In this document: piece after piece, positions 1 to 12,529 of the stretch | Position numbering within the stretch: position 1 is the first letter of the stretch | Layout of the letters: every line of letters begins with the position of its first letter | Assembly (NCBI GenBank): GCA_964035575.1 | Contig: OZ037836.1 | Span: 124,001-188,000, forward strand | DNA length: 64,000 nucleotides | Reading direction: 5' to 3' | Source: Rhynchopus sp. YZ270_cl-10 | Taxonomy: Eukaryota | Made by a program: the position numbers and the translations under genes | Notes under the pieces: generated by a model | What the model saw: the letters and a program-made list of their open reading frames with translations, nothing else | What the model was told of the DNA's origin: nothing | The model's database searches: none

Positions 1-348
1 TGAGGCTGCTATAGCCGTCGAGAAACCAACCATTAATGTCTGTAACATTACTGAGTGGTGACAAATCCAGCGCTGTGAGGCCGCTGCAGTCCTCAAGAAA
101 GCTTTCGGCAATTTGCGTAAGGGTGATAAGTCCAGCTCTGTGAGGCCCCAGCAGTTGGCAAGAAAGCTTCCGTCTATTTGTGTAACGTTGCTGAGTGGCG
201 ACAAGTCTAATACTGTGAGGCTGCTGCAGCCGTGAAGAAACCAATTACCTATTTTTGTAACATTGCTGAGTGATGTCAAGTCTAGCCCTGAGAGGCCGCT
301 GCAGTGGTTCAGAAAGAATGCGCCGATGTGTGAAACTGTTTCGAGTGG
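1..348 (-). pseudogene. LRR gene fragment (25-aa BspA-like repeats), frameshifted, runs off the window edge
   Basis: Manual translation of the minus strand gives VSHIGAFFLNHCSGLSGLDLTSLSNVTKIGNWFLHGCSSLTVLDLSPLSNVTQIDGSFLANCWGLTELDLSP. A frameshift near 118 is followed by TQIAESFLEDCSGLTALDLSPLSNV. No UBL or in-frame ATG upstream. Confidence 0.75.
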
Positions 349-1054
349 TATCCTATACAAGGACCGTGTCGGGACAAATGGGTGGTTGGGGTGTATCAGA
401 CATAGTGTGTGCGTAGAGCGAGAAATGTGTTTCATAATGCAAAGTAAAAAGAGGGGAGAGGGATCACTCAGAGGGATGACTTCTTTTTGTTTGTGGTTTT
501 GTGTTGTTTTTGTTGAAAACCTGACTGCAGTAGTGACATCTGAGGATAACGTCTAGTGTGCAAATGCTTTTCAGTTGTTTGAAAACATGGAAAAATCACG
601 TGTCGCAACAGAATATATCCACGCCACGCCCTCCGCCAGCTTACTTCCATTTCGCGGTCTACGGTGAGATGTCCTACTCCCGCTACCGCTCGTCAGTCAA
701 CGAAACGGGTATAATTGGAACACAAGGGAGCAAATCCTTGTGCGAAGTAAGTGACTCGGTTGTTTCTTTGATTTGTATTTTTTGGGGTGATCTGGGGTCT
801 TTTTTTTCAAGATTATTCACTAGCCATTCACAAAAATTCACAAAAATTCACGAAAACCCACACACCCGCGTATCACGTGTGTTTCCGCCTCGTTGTGAAT
901 TTTTGTGATTTTTTTTTGGTTTTTGGTGTGGTACATAACCGATTACCCGTGTTTCAACCAGTTTAAACGACGGCATTTGCATTTCCGGAATCCACCCGGC
1001 CAGTGGTGGGGTCAATTTGCCGAAATGGACAAGTTCTCGTTTTTGGTCAATTTC

Positions 1055-1514
1055 ACAGTACAGTATACACAGTATACACAGTATACACAGTATACACAGT
1101 ATACACAGTATACACAGTATACACAGTATACACAGTATACACAGTATACACAGTTTTCACAGTATACACAGTACAGTACAGTACAGTACAGTACAGTACA
1201 GTACAGTACAGTACAGTACAGTACAGTACAGTACAGTACAGTACAGTACAGTACAGTACAGTACAGTACAGTACAGTACAGTACAGTACAGTACAGTACA
1301 GTACAGTACAGTACAGTACAGTACAGTACAGTACAGTACAGTACAGTACAGTACAGTACAGTACAGTACAGTACAGTACAGTACAGTACAGTACAGTACA
1401 GTACAGTACAGTACAGTACAGTACAGTACAGTACAGTACAGTACAGTACAGTACAGTACAGTACAGTACAGTACAGTACAGTACAGTACAGTACAGTACA
1501 GTACAGTACAGTAC
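1055..1514. repeat. Compound satellite: (CAGTATACA)n 9-mers followed by about 69 copies of (GTACA)n
   Basis: Directly visible: 9-mer units about 1061-1169 (one CAGTTTTCA variant), then a perfect pentamer to 1514. Confidence 0.98.
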
Positions 1515-1792
1515 GCAAGTCGCACCCCCGTTATCGCACCGTCAGCTACAATGTGTCGTAGCGTTCCTGCCTCGTAATCTGTCAAAGTTTTGCTTCGGGT
1601 GAGAGCAAGGGTTTTCTCCCTATCCACCCCCGCTTCAATTCCCTTCAGGTTAGCTCTGCCTTTGCCATTGGCTTCGCAGTCGTCTTCGTACGTGAGAGTC
1701 GAATGAAGAACATCCGTTCTCGCACAACGTGGCCCAGTCTACCCAAGCTTACCGTCTTCACATCAACGATGCTCCCATCGTGCGTTTTCACC

Positions 1793-2015
1793 TTAGTCGT
1801 GTCTATCCACGTCCACGCAATTCTTAATTTTCGTGAGGATGATTGTGTCTCCAGCACTCAGCTGCGTGATGTCGTCTCCTTCGTCCTTCCCTCCGAAGCC
1901 CATGTGGAAGCTGTCCTCAGCCAACCCCACTGCAGACGCCACCTTCTGCCGCATCGTCTCCGTTGTGTCATCCACACCCACCTCGATCATGAACAAGTTG
2001 TCGTCATACCCTTGA
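1793..2015 (-). pseudogene. Isolated UBL-domain fragment of the UBL-LRR family
   Basis: IEVGVDDTTETMRQKVASAVGLAEDSFHMGFGGKDEGDDITQLSAGDTIILTK matches the N-terminal domain of the UBL-LRR genes; it stops shortly after with no LRRs. Confidence 0.7.
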
Positions 2016-2301
2016 TGGTTACGTCTATTTTGTCTTCTTATTTGTGTTGCTCTGTTGTGTGGTGGGGCTGTGGGAGTAGGAGAGGACATCAGAACACTGA
2101 AGGAGGCAATCATGGTGGGAAGAAGGCACGGAGTGCGTGGAAGTTAACTCTTGTGAGAAGGAGCAATCCACCGCCGAAGCACTGAAGAGGTTTGACTGCA
2201 GCAAGAATCTACTGAAGCAGGGGTTCCGAAGGAAGAAGTGCAGGAGTAGGCATCCCGAAGCATGCCTGAAGTAGGAGTAGTAAGTGTGGCAAATGCACTG
2301 C

Positions 2302-5081
2302 TTTTATTTTGCCTTCCTTCAAAACTACACACACAACGCTTTTTTGGTTTTTGGGAGACACACAAGGTGCCAGGTTCTATGATAAGCACGGAACCACCCT
2401 GCACCTGTTTGTCATATTGTTTCCCGTGCAATACATGGAGAAACGTTTCGCACTCGAAACAAGGGAAACCATGACAACACAGGTGCAGGGGTTTTTTAAA
2501 GTTTGCTGCATTTGCATATTTTTCTGCTTTATGACAAAGAACAAGAGATACGTAAGAGCAGACACGCCGCTAGGCTGTGTATTGACAGAGCAAATAGAAA
2601 CATGTATACATGTTCCAGAGAGGGAACAGAGAAGCGTCACAAGAAAGCGCTACGACGAGCGTAGCAGAAAAAATCGTAAGAAAGTCACAAGAGATGTTAG
2701 CAAGCATCCAGCACTCAATCCACTAAAGGACTACATGAGCACTATGTAAGAGAAAAAACAACACTAACATTCATGGAGCCAAGGGAGCGAAGGGTGCACA
2801 CGGCACCGAGAAAGAAACACGAAGGATACCCGAGTATCCCGCACTCTGTCCTACGAGAGACCACCAGCTCTCTTCCCCGGACAGGCGAGCCCACAAGTGC
2901 TCTGTCCAATCCACGAGATCAACCAGGATCTTAACTTAAATACAGGTACAGACTCATATGACTTTCATGCAGCGAAAAAGAATGGCAAACCAGAGTGCAA
3001 ACAGCACCGGGAGAGAGCATCAAAAAACATCCGAGAAGCTAATACTCAAGTCAAGCAAGAGATCCCGAGAACTCATCACTAGGCTCCAACAAGAACTTAA
3101 TCTCTAACCTAGCTCAACCAAGAACTCTACCCAAGCAAGACCAATCCATACGAGAGATCACAAGAACTCATCACTAGGCTCCAACAAGAAACTTAATCTC
3201 TACCCTAGCTCAACCAAGAACTTCACTCAAGCAGGACCCCCATACGAGACGTCACAAGAACTCGTCACCTGGCTCAACCAAGAACTTAATCTCTCACCAG
3301 GCTCATCCAAGAACTGTACTCACGCAGGGTTACCAAGTATAAAACTCATCAATGTATGTGATGCAGAAGAAACAAAACAGAGTGCAAAAGGCACAGAAAA
3401 ACGAAAAACCATCGAGCAAAATACTCAAGTCAAGCAAGAGATCCCGAGAACTCATCACTAGGCTCCAACAAGAACTTAATCTCTAACCTAGCTCAACCAA
3501 GAACTCTACCCAAGCAAGACCAATCCATACGAGAGATCACAAGAACTCATCACTAGGCTCCAACAAGAAACTTAATCTCTAACCTAGCTCAACCAAGAAC
3601 TTCACTCAAGCAGGACCCCCATACGAGACGTCACAAGAACTCGTCACCTGGCTCAACCAAGAACTTAATCTCTCACCAGGCTCATCCAAGAACTGTACTC
3701 ACGCAGGGTTACCAAGTATAAAACTCATCAGTGTTCGCGGCGCAAAAGAAACAAACAAAGTGCAAACAGCACATAGAGAAAACGTAAAACATGACACATA
3801 TCCGAACATCAAATACTCGATCCACACAAGAGATCCCAAGAACTCATCACCCATGAGAGACTAGCCCCCTCGGCACTCAGTCTCACACTAGGGCTCAACC
3901 AAGGACTTTTCTCCAGCAGGACCACCAAGTGTATACTCATCCGCATTCATGTAACAGGAAAGGAAGACAGAGCAAACAGACACAAAAAACATCCGAGCAT
4001 AAATACAACGGTAATTCATGAGACCACAGAGCTCTACCCCTGGAGAGACAAGCCCAACTGGCGCACATCTCCTATCACCCGGGATCAACAAGCCTACAAG
4101 TGTCATCGAGACCTCTAACCCTGGAAAGACGAGCCCATACGGCACTCAGTCTCTTTATCACCCGGGATCAACAAGATCTCTACGCAAGCAGAACCAACCC
4201 ATGCGAGAAGCCACAAGAACTCTAACCCTGGAGTCACCCGGGATCATCAAGAACTCTGCTCAAGCAGGGTTACTCAGTATTAGCTCATCCGCTTTTGTGC
4301 CACAGGAAGAAACAAAACAGTGTACAAGTAACATAACAGAACACAAACACCACAGAGAGAGCGAAAAATCCCCCGAGCAAGAACTCTAACCCATGAAAGA
4401 CGAGCCCATCCGGCCCTCAGTCTTATCACCCGGGATCATCAAGAACTCTGCTCAGGCAGGGCCATATAAACTCATCAGTGTTCTTGTAACAGGACAGAAA
4501 AAACAGTGCAAGCAGACACGAAAAACATCCGAGCATAGATACAACAGTAATGCATGAGACCACAGAGCTCTACCCCTGGAGAGACAAGCCCAACTGGCGC
4601 TCATCTCTTATCACCCGGGATCAACAAGCCTACAGTGGCATCGAGACCTCTAACCCTGGAAAGACGAGCCCATACGGCACTCAGTCTCTTTATCACCGGG
4701 GATCAACAAGATCTCTACGCAAGCAGAACCAACCCATGCGAGAAGCCACAAGAACTCTAACCCTGGAGTTACCCGGGATCATCAAGAACTCTGCTCAAGC
4801 AGGGTTACCCAGTATTAGCTCATCCGTATTCATGTAACAGAGCAAGCTGATCAAGCAGGTTAGCCAATGAGGCACTATTTTTAGAAGAAGAAAACAGGGA
4901 GCGGGGGGAGGGAAAGCTTTTTGATAAAAATTAGCGAAATACAAAAACCAGCGCGTGTGGAAGAAAAAAGGAGAGGAAAATATTTTTTCTGATTCAAAGT
5001 GGTGTTTACGTTTTGGGTACGGGGCGGAGAATAAAATCTGTTCGATAAAAGAAACGCGAGCTTATTGTTTTATCTTGTTCA
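2302..5081. mobile_element. Non-autonomous element, long copy (terminus A ... internal tandem array ... terminus B)
   Basis: Starts TTTTATTTTGCCTTCCTTCAAAACTACAC and ends TTTTATCTTGTTCA. Collinear and homologous with 41045-42516; the same termini are joined almost directly at 13079-13417. Confidence 0.75.
2880..4837. repeat. Hierarchical internal minisatellite rich in the CAAGAACT motif
   Basis: About 380-bp direct duplication (3041-3350 vs 3420-3729) and about 540-bp-period duplication (about 3980-4290 vs 4515-4825), built from shorter CAAGAACT-containing subunits. Related sequence at 21470-21580 and 41620-41890. Confidence 0.85.
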
Positions 5082-5243
5082 TTTTATTTTTCCTTCCTTC
5101 AAAACTACACACACAACGCTTTTTTGGTTTTTGGGAGACACACAAGGTGCCAGGTTCTATGATAAGCACGGAACCACCCTGCACCTGTTTGTCATATTGT
5201 TTCCCGTGCAATACATGGAGAAACGTTTCGCACTCGAAACAAG
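5082..5243. mobile_element. Terminus A of the same family, head-to-tail after the previous copy
   Basis: Near-identical to 2302-2463 and 13079-13241; begins at the base immediately after CTTGTTCA. Confidence 0.85.
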
Positions 5244-5945
5244 GGAATAGAAACAACTCCCCCCCTCCCCTTTTCAACCCATCCCTGCCGCACAAGGGAC
5301 CACAGCGTTGCCGCAGTAGGGAAGGGGTGGACGAGCCGCCGATAACATTAAAGAGAAAAAACAGTTTTCTTTCCTTACGTCAAAAACTCTCTCTTTTTTA
5401 ATTGATTTGGTTTTGGTTGAGACACATCAATGGTGTAGGTTCTGCGGAATCACTGAACCACCCATATCCTGTATCACATCGTTGATTGTTCTTTCCCTGC
5501 GTTGACTGCAGGAAAGTTCGCGAAAACTATCGCGACCAGTTTACAATAAAAGACTCCAGCGTCGGTTTTCTTTTACACAGAAATAACAAGAAACGATAAC
5601 CTGAGCTGACACCTGGGCGTTCACGCCAAACCCAGAGTGCCGTACAAACCCAGAGTGCCGTACATAGAGGCACAAATAATATAACCTACATTCTTGAACT
5701 CTTCTACTATTGGACGCATCCTTCGTCCCGACCAAGACCTTCTCCGAAGACCTGATGCCTGACAACAACCTAACCACCAGCGGGTCCACCCCTGTAGGTG
5801 GGAGGAGGAGACCTGACACCCAGCTCTCGCTTGTGTTTGCGGAGGACGGCACTCACAGTGGTGCTCAAGCCGAGGTGCATGAGGTGTCCATCCGGGAAGT
5901 TCTCCACAAAGCAAGATCCGAAGGTCGCAACCCTGCCACGTCGCG

Positions 5946-7700
5946 TCAGTCTCCTGGGCAGTAAGCGCACAACGTGTTGCCACATCCGCCGTGATATCGT
6001 GAATCCCACCTCAACCAAGGGGTGCGACTCCAGGGACCACGCGTAGCTCCTGACTCCCGATTACTATCCAGAGGTACGGAGGGTGTCGACCTCCTTGTGG
6101 CGTTACACAACCAGCATGTCCCCCACGCCGCACCCATCAACGCCAAGTGCTGCAGGGCCCCTCGCTTCCAGGAGTGGTCGCGAACCTCCGGGAAGTACAG
6201 AGAGGTTTCCCGTCCCAGGCTGTGAACGTCTGACATACTGAACGCCACTCCGCGTTGCTTCCAGTAGCGGACGACGGGGAACATGTACTAGGGGAGGGTG
6301 TACAGCAGCTCGGCTGGGTCCCCTCGCAGCTTGGCCACCTTCCGAGCCGCACTGCTCATGATGTGACCTTTGGATGAAGAAACAAGAGGATTAAAAAACA
6401 CAAGTACACGTGCACGCAGTGATCAGCTGCTTGTGTTCATTGGCATTCAGCTGGACATGACGGCGAAGACCGTGTGCCAGACGAGAACTGGAGGCGTAAG
6501 CTGCTCGTGTCGCCGTTCCCCCGGGTCCTCACGTCATGCAGAGCGGTGGCACCACCACATCGGGTGTTACGGATGGACACTTGGTCATGCGCATGCCGAT
6601 CGCCGGATTCGCTCTGATTGCTGCCTCTCTCATCAGATTAGCTGCCACTGCGCTACAGCCGTAGACTGGGACAGGACTATGACCCTATTCGACGCTACTC
6701 CTACTAAAGGACTTTCGTCGTGCGGAGGTGAGGGCCTCGATGTGTGTTGATGGAGGCGCCTGTCTGCCATATCTGGTCGAGCGCCAGCGACGGTGCCTCC
6801 TTTGTCTTGTTGGGCCCTACGACAATGAAAGGTGAAAACGCGTGTGAACTGGACGCTGCGACACCGTCGAACGCTTCTCCTGCATCTTGATCTGCGCAAA
6901 CTTGTGCGCATCCAGCAGCAGCTTCGACAGCGCCACAATCTGGTTCGGGCGGAAGGTTGCGCGACTGCTAGATCAGACGCATCACGAACATGTCGCGCTG
7001 CCCCTCCGCCAGATGCTTCCACGGCACCACGTGGTGATCGGCGACGGCGGCATCGGCGTCACGTCAAACCCGAGGGCCGCTGCAGCACCCGAGTTTGTCT
7101 TCTCCCCGGCCGCCATGTCCGCAACCCCCTCAAGCGAGGAGTCCTTCTTCGACGGGTTCACTGTCCCAACAAAGGCAATGTTCTCGCGGTGGGTATTCGT
7201 CGAAAAGTTCTTCAGATTCGTAGGAAACTCTCCTGCCGACGCGCGTACCCGTCAATTCGCATTGAGGAGCTGTTCACTGCCCTCATCGCCATGGCTGCAG
7301 CTGACTCTGTTGCCCCGCGAGATTACGGCCTGGTGGCTTCCCACGACAACTCCACGGCGGAGTCACGTACCACGAAGGATCTTCACTGCCTTTTCCTGTG
7401 CGGAGACTGATGGATCACTTCGCACTTCGCAGGCATACTAAGGCATCGCGGCCCCGACATCCCCTAGAGAATCTACGCAACAGAGAAGGTTGTGGGTGAG
7501 CGCTCGATGTCGTGCAGTTGTGGTGTGAGGGAGAACCGGTTTAGACTCTTGTCGTATAGGGGGTGGCATCTGAGCATGGTACCCCTATGTCGTATTCCCT
7601 CGCATCGATCAGAAGGCGAGCCAATCGGTCTTCTGCGCGATCTTGAAGGTGGGGCAGCCTTGCGGATGGGGACAATACTGGTGATACGGATCACCCTCTA
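5946..7700. mobile_element. Degenerate tyrosine-recombinase retroelement remnants (DIRS/VIPER/TATE-like)
   Basis: Minus strand about 6070-6290: DHSWKRGALQHL then, after a frameshift, RHKEVDTLR/YL (YR H-x-x-R, H, Y-type motifs). Plus strand: LVFIGIQLD (RT-like), IRIEELFTALIA...HDNSTA (DIRS-type RNase H-like E and DN motifs), FRLL...RDLEG...LRMG (RT-like). Many stops and frameshifts. Confidence 0.45.
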
Positions 7701-8339
7701 TTCCTTCAGGGCGGCGCTACACATCAACGTCACCTCCACAGCCATGCAGACTAGGATGTAGTACCTCTGGTACTTCCACGTGCGCTCACTCGCCCACACA
7801 CCGCAATCCTGCAGCTCCATGTTCCGCGTCATCGCAACGGAGCGTGAACAGCGTCCCATAAAAAACAACGCCTCCTCAGCAGGGAAGCCGATCCGGATCC
7901 CAGGTACATCCGTAAACGTCATACAGGCTCAGTGGGCTCGTCGTCGTCACATTGCAGGGAAAACTACGCAAGCAACGGGCACTAGTGTCGTGTAGGTTCC
8001 GTCCGACACAACCTCCACGTCTGGAAGCTGGCGCCGAGCACCTGCAGCATACGTCCTTCGTTCCCGTCACCGGAGTGTACGAAAACTCCCGCTACACCAC
8101 TGGCAACCACTGCCCACTCTTGCGCGGTCGTTGCTGTCGGCGGGTGCTACGGTGTCCTGCTCAAACGCTCTGCTGGTACCTGCCGTCCAACGTGCGTGTG
8201 AGTGACACAAGATTGTGGAGGCACGTCGTTCTGCTTCTTCCGCAGATGGCCTCCCAGCGTCGTTTGTCGCCAACCCGAAGCGTCGTGGTGGACACACAGA
8301 TCGCAGCCTGTGCACGGGATCGCTCCTGCAGGTTCAGCG

Positions 8340-8487
8340 TCTAGGCCAGGACGGTTGTGTCACCAGTACTCAACCGCGTGAGTCCGCACCTTCGGGCATC
8401 ACCTTCCCTCATAGCTCATGTCAAAGCCGTCTTCGCACAGCGCTGCTGCAGACGCCATCGTACGCCATACGTCCGCAGTTGTATCAT
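8340..8487 (-). pseudogene. Decayed UBL-domain fragment
   Basis: Reverse complement reads DTTADVWRTMASAAALCEDGFDMSY...TRLSTGDTTVL, homologous to the CaaX-subfamily UBL, with a stop and frameshift. Confidence 0.65.
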
Positions 8488-8492
8488 GTAAA

Positions 8493-8662
8493 GAAAGCTT
8501 TTTGATAAAAATTAGCGAAATACAAAAACCAGCGCGTGTGGAAGAAAAAAGGAGAGGAAAATATTTTTTCTGATTCAAAGTGGTGTTTACGTTTTGGGTA
8601 CGGGGCGGAGAATAAAATCTGTTCGATAAAAGAAACGCGAGCTTATTGTTTTATCTTGTTCA
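8493..8662. mobile_element. Terminus B of the non-autonomous family
   Basis: Essentially identical to 4912-5081 and 13249-13417, ending CTTGTTCA. Confidence 0.85.
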
Positions 8663-9514
8663 AGAAAAGCTTCAGTTGTATTTTGCTGTTTTAAACGTCA
8701 GTTTTGTATTTCCATGACTTTTCAGTTTCTATCCTCTGCGATATGACGCGCAAACACGCCGTTTTCAATTTGATTCGCAGACCGATACTGACTCACGAAG
8801 TTGCTGTGTCAAAAAACACCTTCCTCTGCGAGGCGGGATACCACAGCGACAACGTCTATCACTCATGCGCCTATGAGTCGCTCAATGGCGTCATCGCTTT
8901 TATCATGACTACAGGGGTCCAACCCTGCACATTCTCTCACAACACGAATCATTCACACAACACAAACCAAGAGGAAAATGATGTTTTGTTTCACAGTTTT
9001 GAACCAACTAAACGTGACCCCAGCATATAGAGCACGGGGTGCAAAGAAGCAGAAGGCGAGCAAGAAACCATTATATTTTTCATCCCTTCAAAACGTCACA
9101 CACAACGTTTTTGGCATTCGGGAAACACACAAGGTGCCAGGTTCTATGATAGGAGAAACGTTTCGCACTCGAAACAAGGGAACGCTTTGTGAAAATAATA
9201 AAAACTCCTTTCATCATTTGTTTAGTTGGCACGCTACCCACGTCATACACAAAAACCAGCGCGTGTGGAAGAAAAAAGAAGAAGAAAATAATTATTATGA
9301 TTGAAAGTGGTTGTTTACGTTATGGGTACGGAAAATCTGTTCGATAAAATACACGAAAGCTTTTTGTTGTATTTTGTTCACTAAAAAAGTCGTATAATAA
9401 TTCCTTTTGTGGAAAAGTGCAATTCAAAAAATGAAAACTGGAAAAGCAAAACATCAAAAAGTTGTCGCTTGAACAGGCCAATGAGCAGCTAGACTCTCGA
9501 AACATGCACATGCC

Positions 9515-10960
9515 TCACATGCACACACAATCGCGCTTGTTCTTCTTCTTGAGTCCAAGGCTGTCCACGACACTGCTCGATCCGGTGACGTTGATGCTGC
9601 ATTTACGTAAGTTGCATTCGTTGAGTGCTCCTCGCCCAATATGCGTCGCACTCGCCCACCCAGATAAGTCCAGTGTTCGCAACGAGCTGCAATAGGTGAT
9701 GAAGTCGTATCCAACGTGGGTTACATTGTTCCACCCAGACAAGTTGAGCTTTTTCAGTGAGCTGCAGCCGAAGATGAAGCTGTTGCCGATATGCGTCACA
9801 CCCTTCCACGCGGAGAGGTCCAACTCGGTCAATGCACGGCAGCTGGAGAGGAAGTCAGATCCAACGTGCGTCACGTTGCTCCACCCAGATACATCCAGCT
9901 TCGTTAATGAGCTGCACTTGTGGAGGAAGTAGTCCGTAATTTGCGTCACCTTGCTCCACCCAGATACGTCCAGTGTGGTCAACGAGCTGCAGTTGGAGAG
10001 GAAGGAGCTGCCAACCTGCGTCACGTTGCTCCACCCAGACAAGTTAAGTGTTCGCAATGCGCTGCAGTCGGAGAGGAAGCTATCCTCAATTTGCGTGACG
10101 TTGTTCCACGCAGGCAAGTCAAGTGTGGTCAACGAGCTGCACTCCTTCAGGAAGGCACTCCCAACATGTACCACATTCTTCCACCCAGATAAGTCCAGTG
10201 CGGTCAGGGCACGGCAGTTGTAGAGGAAGGAGCGGTCAATGTGTGTTACATTGCTGCACCCAGCGATGTCAAGTGTGTGCAATGCGCTGCAGTCGGAGAG
10301 GAACCCTCCACCAATGTGCGTCACATTGGTCCAACTAGATAAGTCAAGTGTCTGCAACGATCCGCAGTTGAAGAGGAACGAGGTTTCAATGTGCGTCACA
10401 CTGGTCCAACCAGACAAGTCAAGTCTCGTCAACCTGGTGCAGCAGTCGAGAAAGGAGCTTCCAATGTGCGTCACATTGCTCCACCCAGATAAGTCAAGAA
10501 CGCGCAATGAGTTGCAGCTGGAGAAGACGTAGTCGCGTATTGTGGTAACACCTGACACACCACTCAGATCAAGTTCCCTAAAATAAGCCCTCAAATCTTC
10601 CAATAAATCATGTGTAATCTCAGTAACAACCTCCGCCTGCAGAAACAAATGAACCAGCTTGGGATCTGCAAGGAGTTCGAACCTCTCTGACGTCAGCCTT
10701 GTCTCACCCAAGTCACGAAGAGCTGCAATGGCGTCGTCCTTCTGCGACTTCGTCTTCGTCAGCACAACTGTGTCCCCAGCACTCAGCTGCGTCGTGTCGT
10801 CTCCTTCGGCCAGCAGCTTCCCACCGAAGCTCATGTCAAAGCCGTCTTCGCACAACTCTGCTGCAGTCGCCACCTTCCGCCGTATGTCCGCAGTTGTATC
10901 ATCCACACCCACCTCGACTGTGTACTTCTCTCCGTCAAAGCTCTCCACACATATTTCCAT
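9515..10960 (-). CDS. UBL + 13 LRR (25-aa BspA-like) protein with polybasic CaaX tail (KKKNKRDCVCM), 481 aa
   Basis: Intact ORF. The start was chosen at MEICVESF, shared by paralogues. Ubiquitin-like N-terminus (YTVEVGVDDTTADIRRKV...MSFGGKLL...LSAGDTVVL); repeats LDLSGWxNVTxIGxxFLxxCxxLxx. Confidence 0.9.
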   Translation of the reverse strand: MEICVESFDGEKYTVEVGVDDTTADIRRKVATAAELCEDGFDMSFGGKLLAEGDDTTQLSAGDTVVLTKTKSQKDDAIAALRDLGETRLTSERFELLADPKLVHLFLQAEVVTEITHDLLEDLRAYFRELDLSGVSGVTTIRDYVFSSCNSLRVLDLSGWSNVTHIGSSFLDCCTRLTRLDLSGWTSVTHIETSFLFNCGSLQTLDLSSWTNVTHIGGGFLSDCSALHTLDIAGCSNVTHIDRSFLYNCRALTALDLSGWKNVVHVGSAFLKECSSLTTLDLPAWNNVTQIEDSFLSDCSALRTLNLSGWSNVTQVGSSFLSNCSSLTTLDVSGWSKVTQITDYFLHKCSSLTKLDVSGWSNVTHVGSDFLSSCRALTELDLSAWKGVTHIGNSFIFGCSSLKKLNLSGWNNVTHVGYDFITYCSSLRTLDLSGWASATHIGRGALNECNLRKCSINVTGSSSVVDSLGLKKKNKRDCVCM

Positions 10961-11847
10961 GGTTTTGTGTCTCTCTGTTTTGTGCAGGTGTTTTGGGTGG
11001 GGCAAGAAGAAACACAACTCGCAGAACGGGAAGGAGACAAGAAGAAGGCAGACATGTTGCCACTGAGACGATAGAGGTGTAAGACAAAGGGGACACCTCT
11101 GTGTGCAGAACTGTATGCTGCAAGGCTGTGATGGGATGGGAGGGATGTCTCTCTCTCTGTGGGGGTGGACAAGTGTCAAAAGGGGAAGTGGTAGGGAGTG
11201 TGTGTGTGGTGTGCAAGAGACAGCAAACAGTTAAACAGTTACAAGGGGAGAGGTCTTTTGATTTGCTTTATAACATTCGCTGTATTACGGGTGGGTCCAG
11301 ATGGGCTGCACTATGTGTTTGGTCCGGTTGGGTGGGTGAAAAAACGGACACGGTTCGAGGTTTTATTTGCTCGCATTGTTTGATCGCATCCCACAGGCGC
11401 AACTCTCGGGGAGGTGGGGTGGGGTAGAATGCACCTGAAAGTGCTGTAGGGAAAAAACAGGGAATAGTATTCTGGGAATTATTACATTTTCAAGTAATCC
11501 CGATCCCAATCCACTAGACCTGATTATTCCCACAAAAAAAGCCTTTTTACCCAAACCCCCCTCATGATACAGTACACGGTTCGGAAAAGTACTTTGCCCA
11601 AAAGTAAAGTACTTTCCAAAAACAAAAAAAAGTACCTTTATTGGTGTGACCACCCAAACCGATTCTCCGAGGTTCTTCCGTGGTTCTTCCGTAGGTACTC
11701 CGGTAAGGGGGGTATACTTTTTTTTTGTTGTTTTCGGTATTCGCCACCCGGGGGGCTTCGAGACCACCACCTGCACGCGGGTGCCACAAACATCCAGACC
11801 GGGAAAGCTTCCAAGGCGGTCATGGCATATATAGTTGCGTATTACAC

Positions 11848-12529
11848 ACAGTACAGTACAGTACAGTACAGTACAGTACAGTACAGTACAGTACAGTACA
11901 GTACAGTACAGTACAGTACAGTACAGTACAGTACAGTACAGTACAGTACAGTACAGTACAGTACAGTACAGTACAGTACAGTACAGTACAGTACAGTACA
12001 GTACAGTACAGTACAGTACAGTACAGTACAGTACAGTACAGTACAGTACAGTACAGTACAGTACAGTACAGTACAGTACAGTACAGTACAGTACAGTACA
12101 GTACAGTACAGTACAGTACAGTACAGTACAGTACAGTACAGTACAGTACAGTACAGTACAGTACAGTACAGTACAGTACAGTACAGTACAGTACAGTACA
12201 GTACAGTACAGTACAGTACAGTACAGTACAGTACAGTACAGTACAGTACAGTACAGTACAGTACAGTACAGTACAGTACAGTACAGTACAGTACAGTACA
12301 GTACAGTACAGTACAGTACAGTACAGTACAGTACAGTACAGTATAGTACAGTACAGTACAGTACAGTACAGTACAGTACAGTACAGTACAGTACAGTACA
12401 GTACAGTACAGTACAGTACAGTACAGTACAGTACAGTACAGTACAGTACAGTACAGTACAGTACAGTACAGTACAGTACAGTACAGTACAGTACAGTACA
12501 GTACAGTACAGTACAGTACAGTACAGTAC
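11848..12529. repeat. (GTACA)n pentamer satellite, about 136 copies
   Basis: Directly visible; single GTATA variant at 12341-12345. Confidence 0.98.

Noticed and set aside
905..1627. ORFs of STVQY/CTVLY repeats (also 11564-12794)
   Set aside because: Artefact of the stop-free (GTACA)n satellite, which is open in all six frames.
2880..4837. Possible CRISPR-like array
   Set aside because: The sequences between repeated motifs are themselves repeated and degenerate, not unique spacers; no cas genes; eukaryotic context.
10961..11179. N-terminal extensions of UBL-LRR ORFs in the ORF track (also 15659-15925, 18178-18378, 36721-36969, 51466-51600)
   Set aside because: They rely on non-ATG or non-conserved starts and are frameshifted between paralogues; the conserved ATG begins the UBL.
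11848..12529. Telomeric repeat
   Set aside because: Internal position, no G-rich strand and no match to TTAGGG-type repeats.
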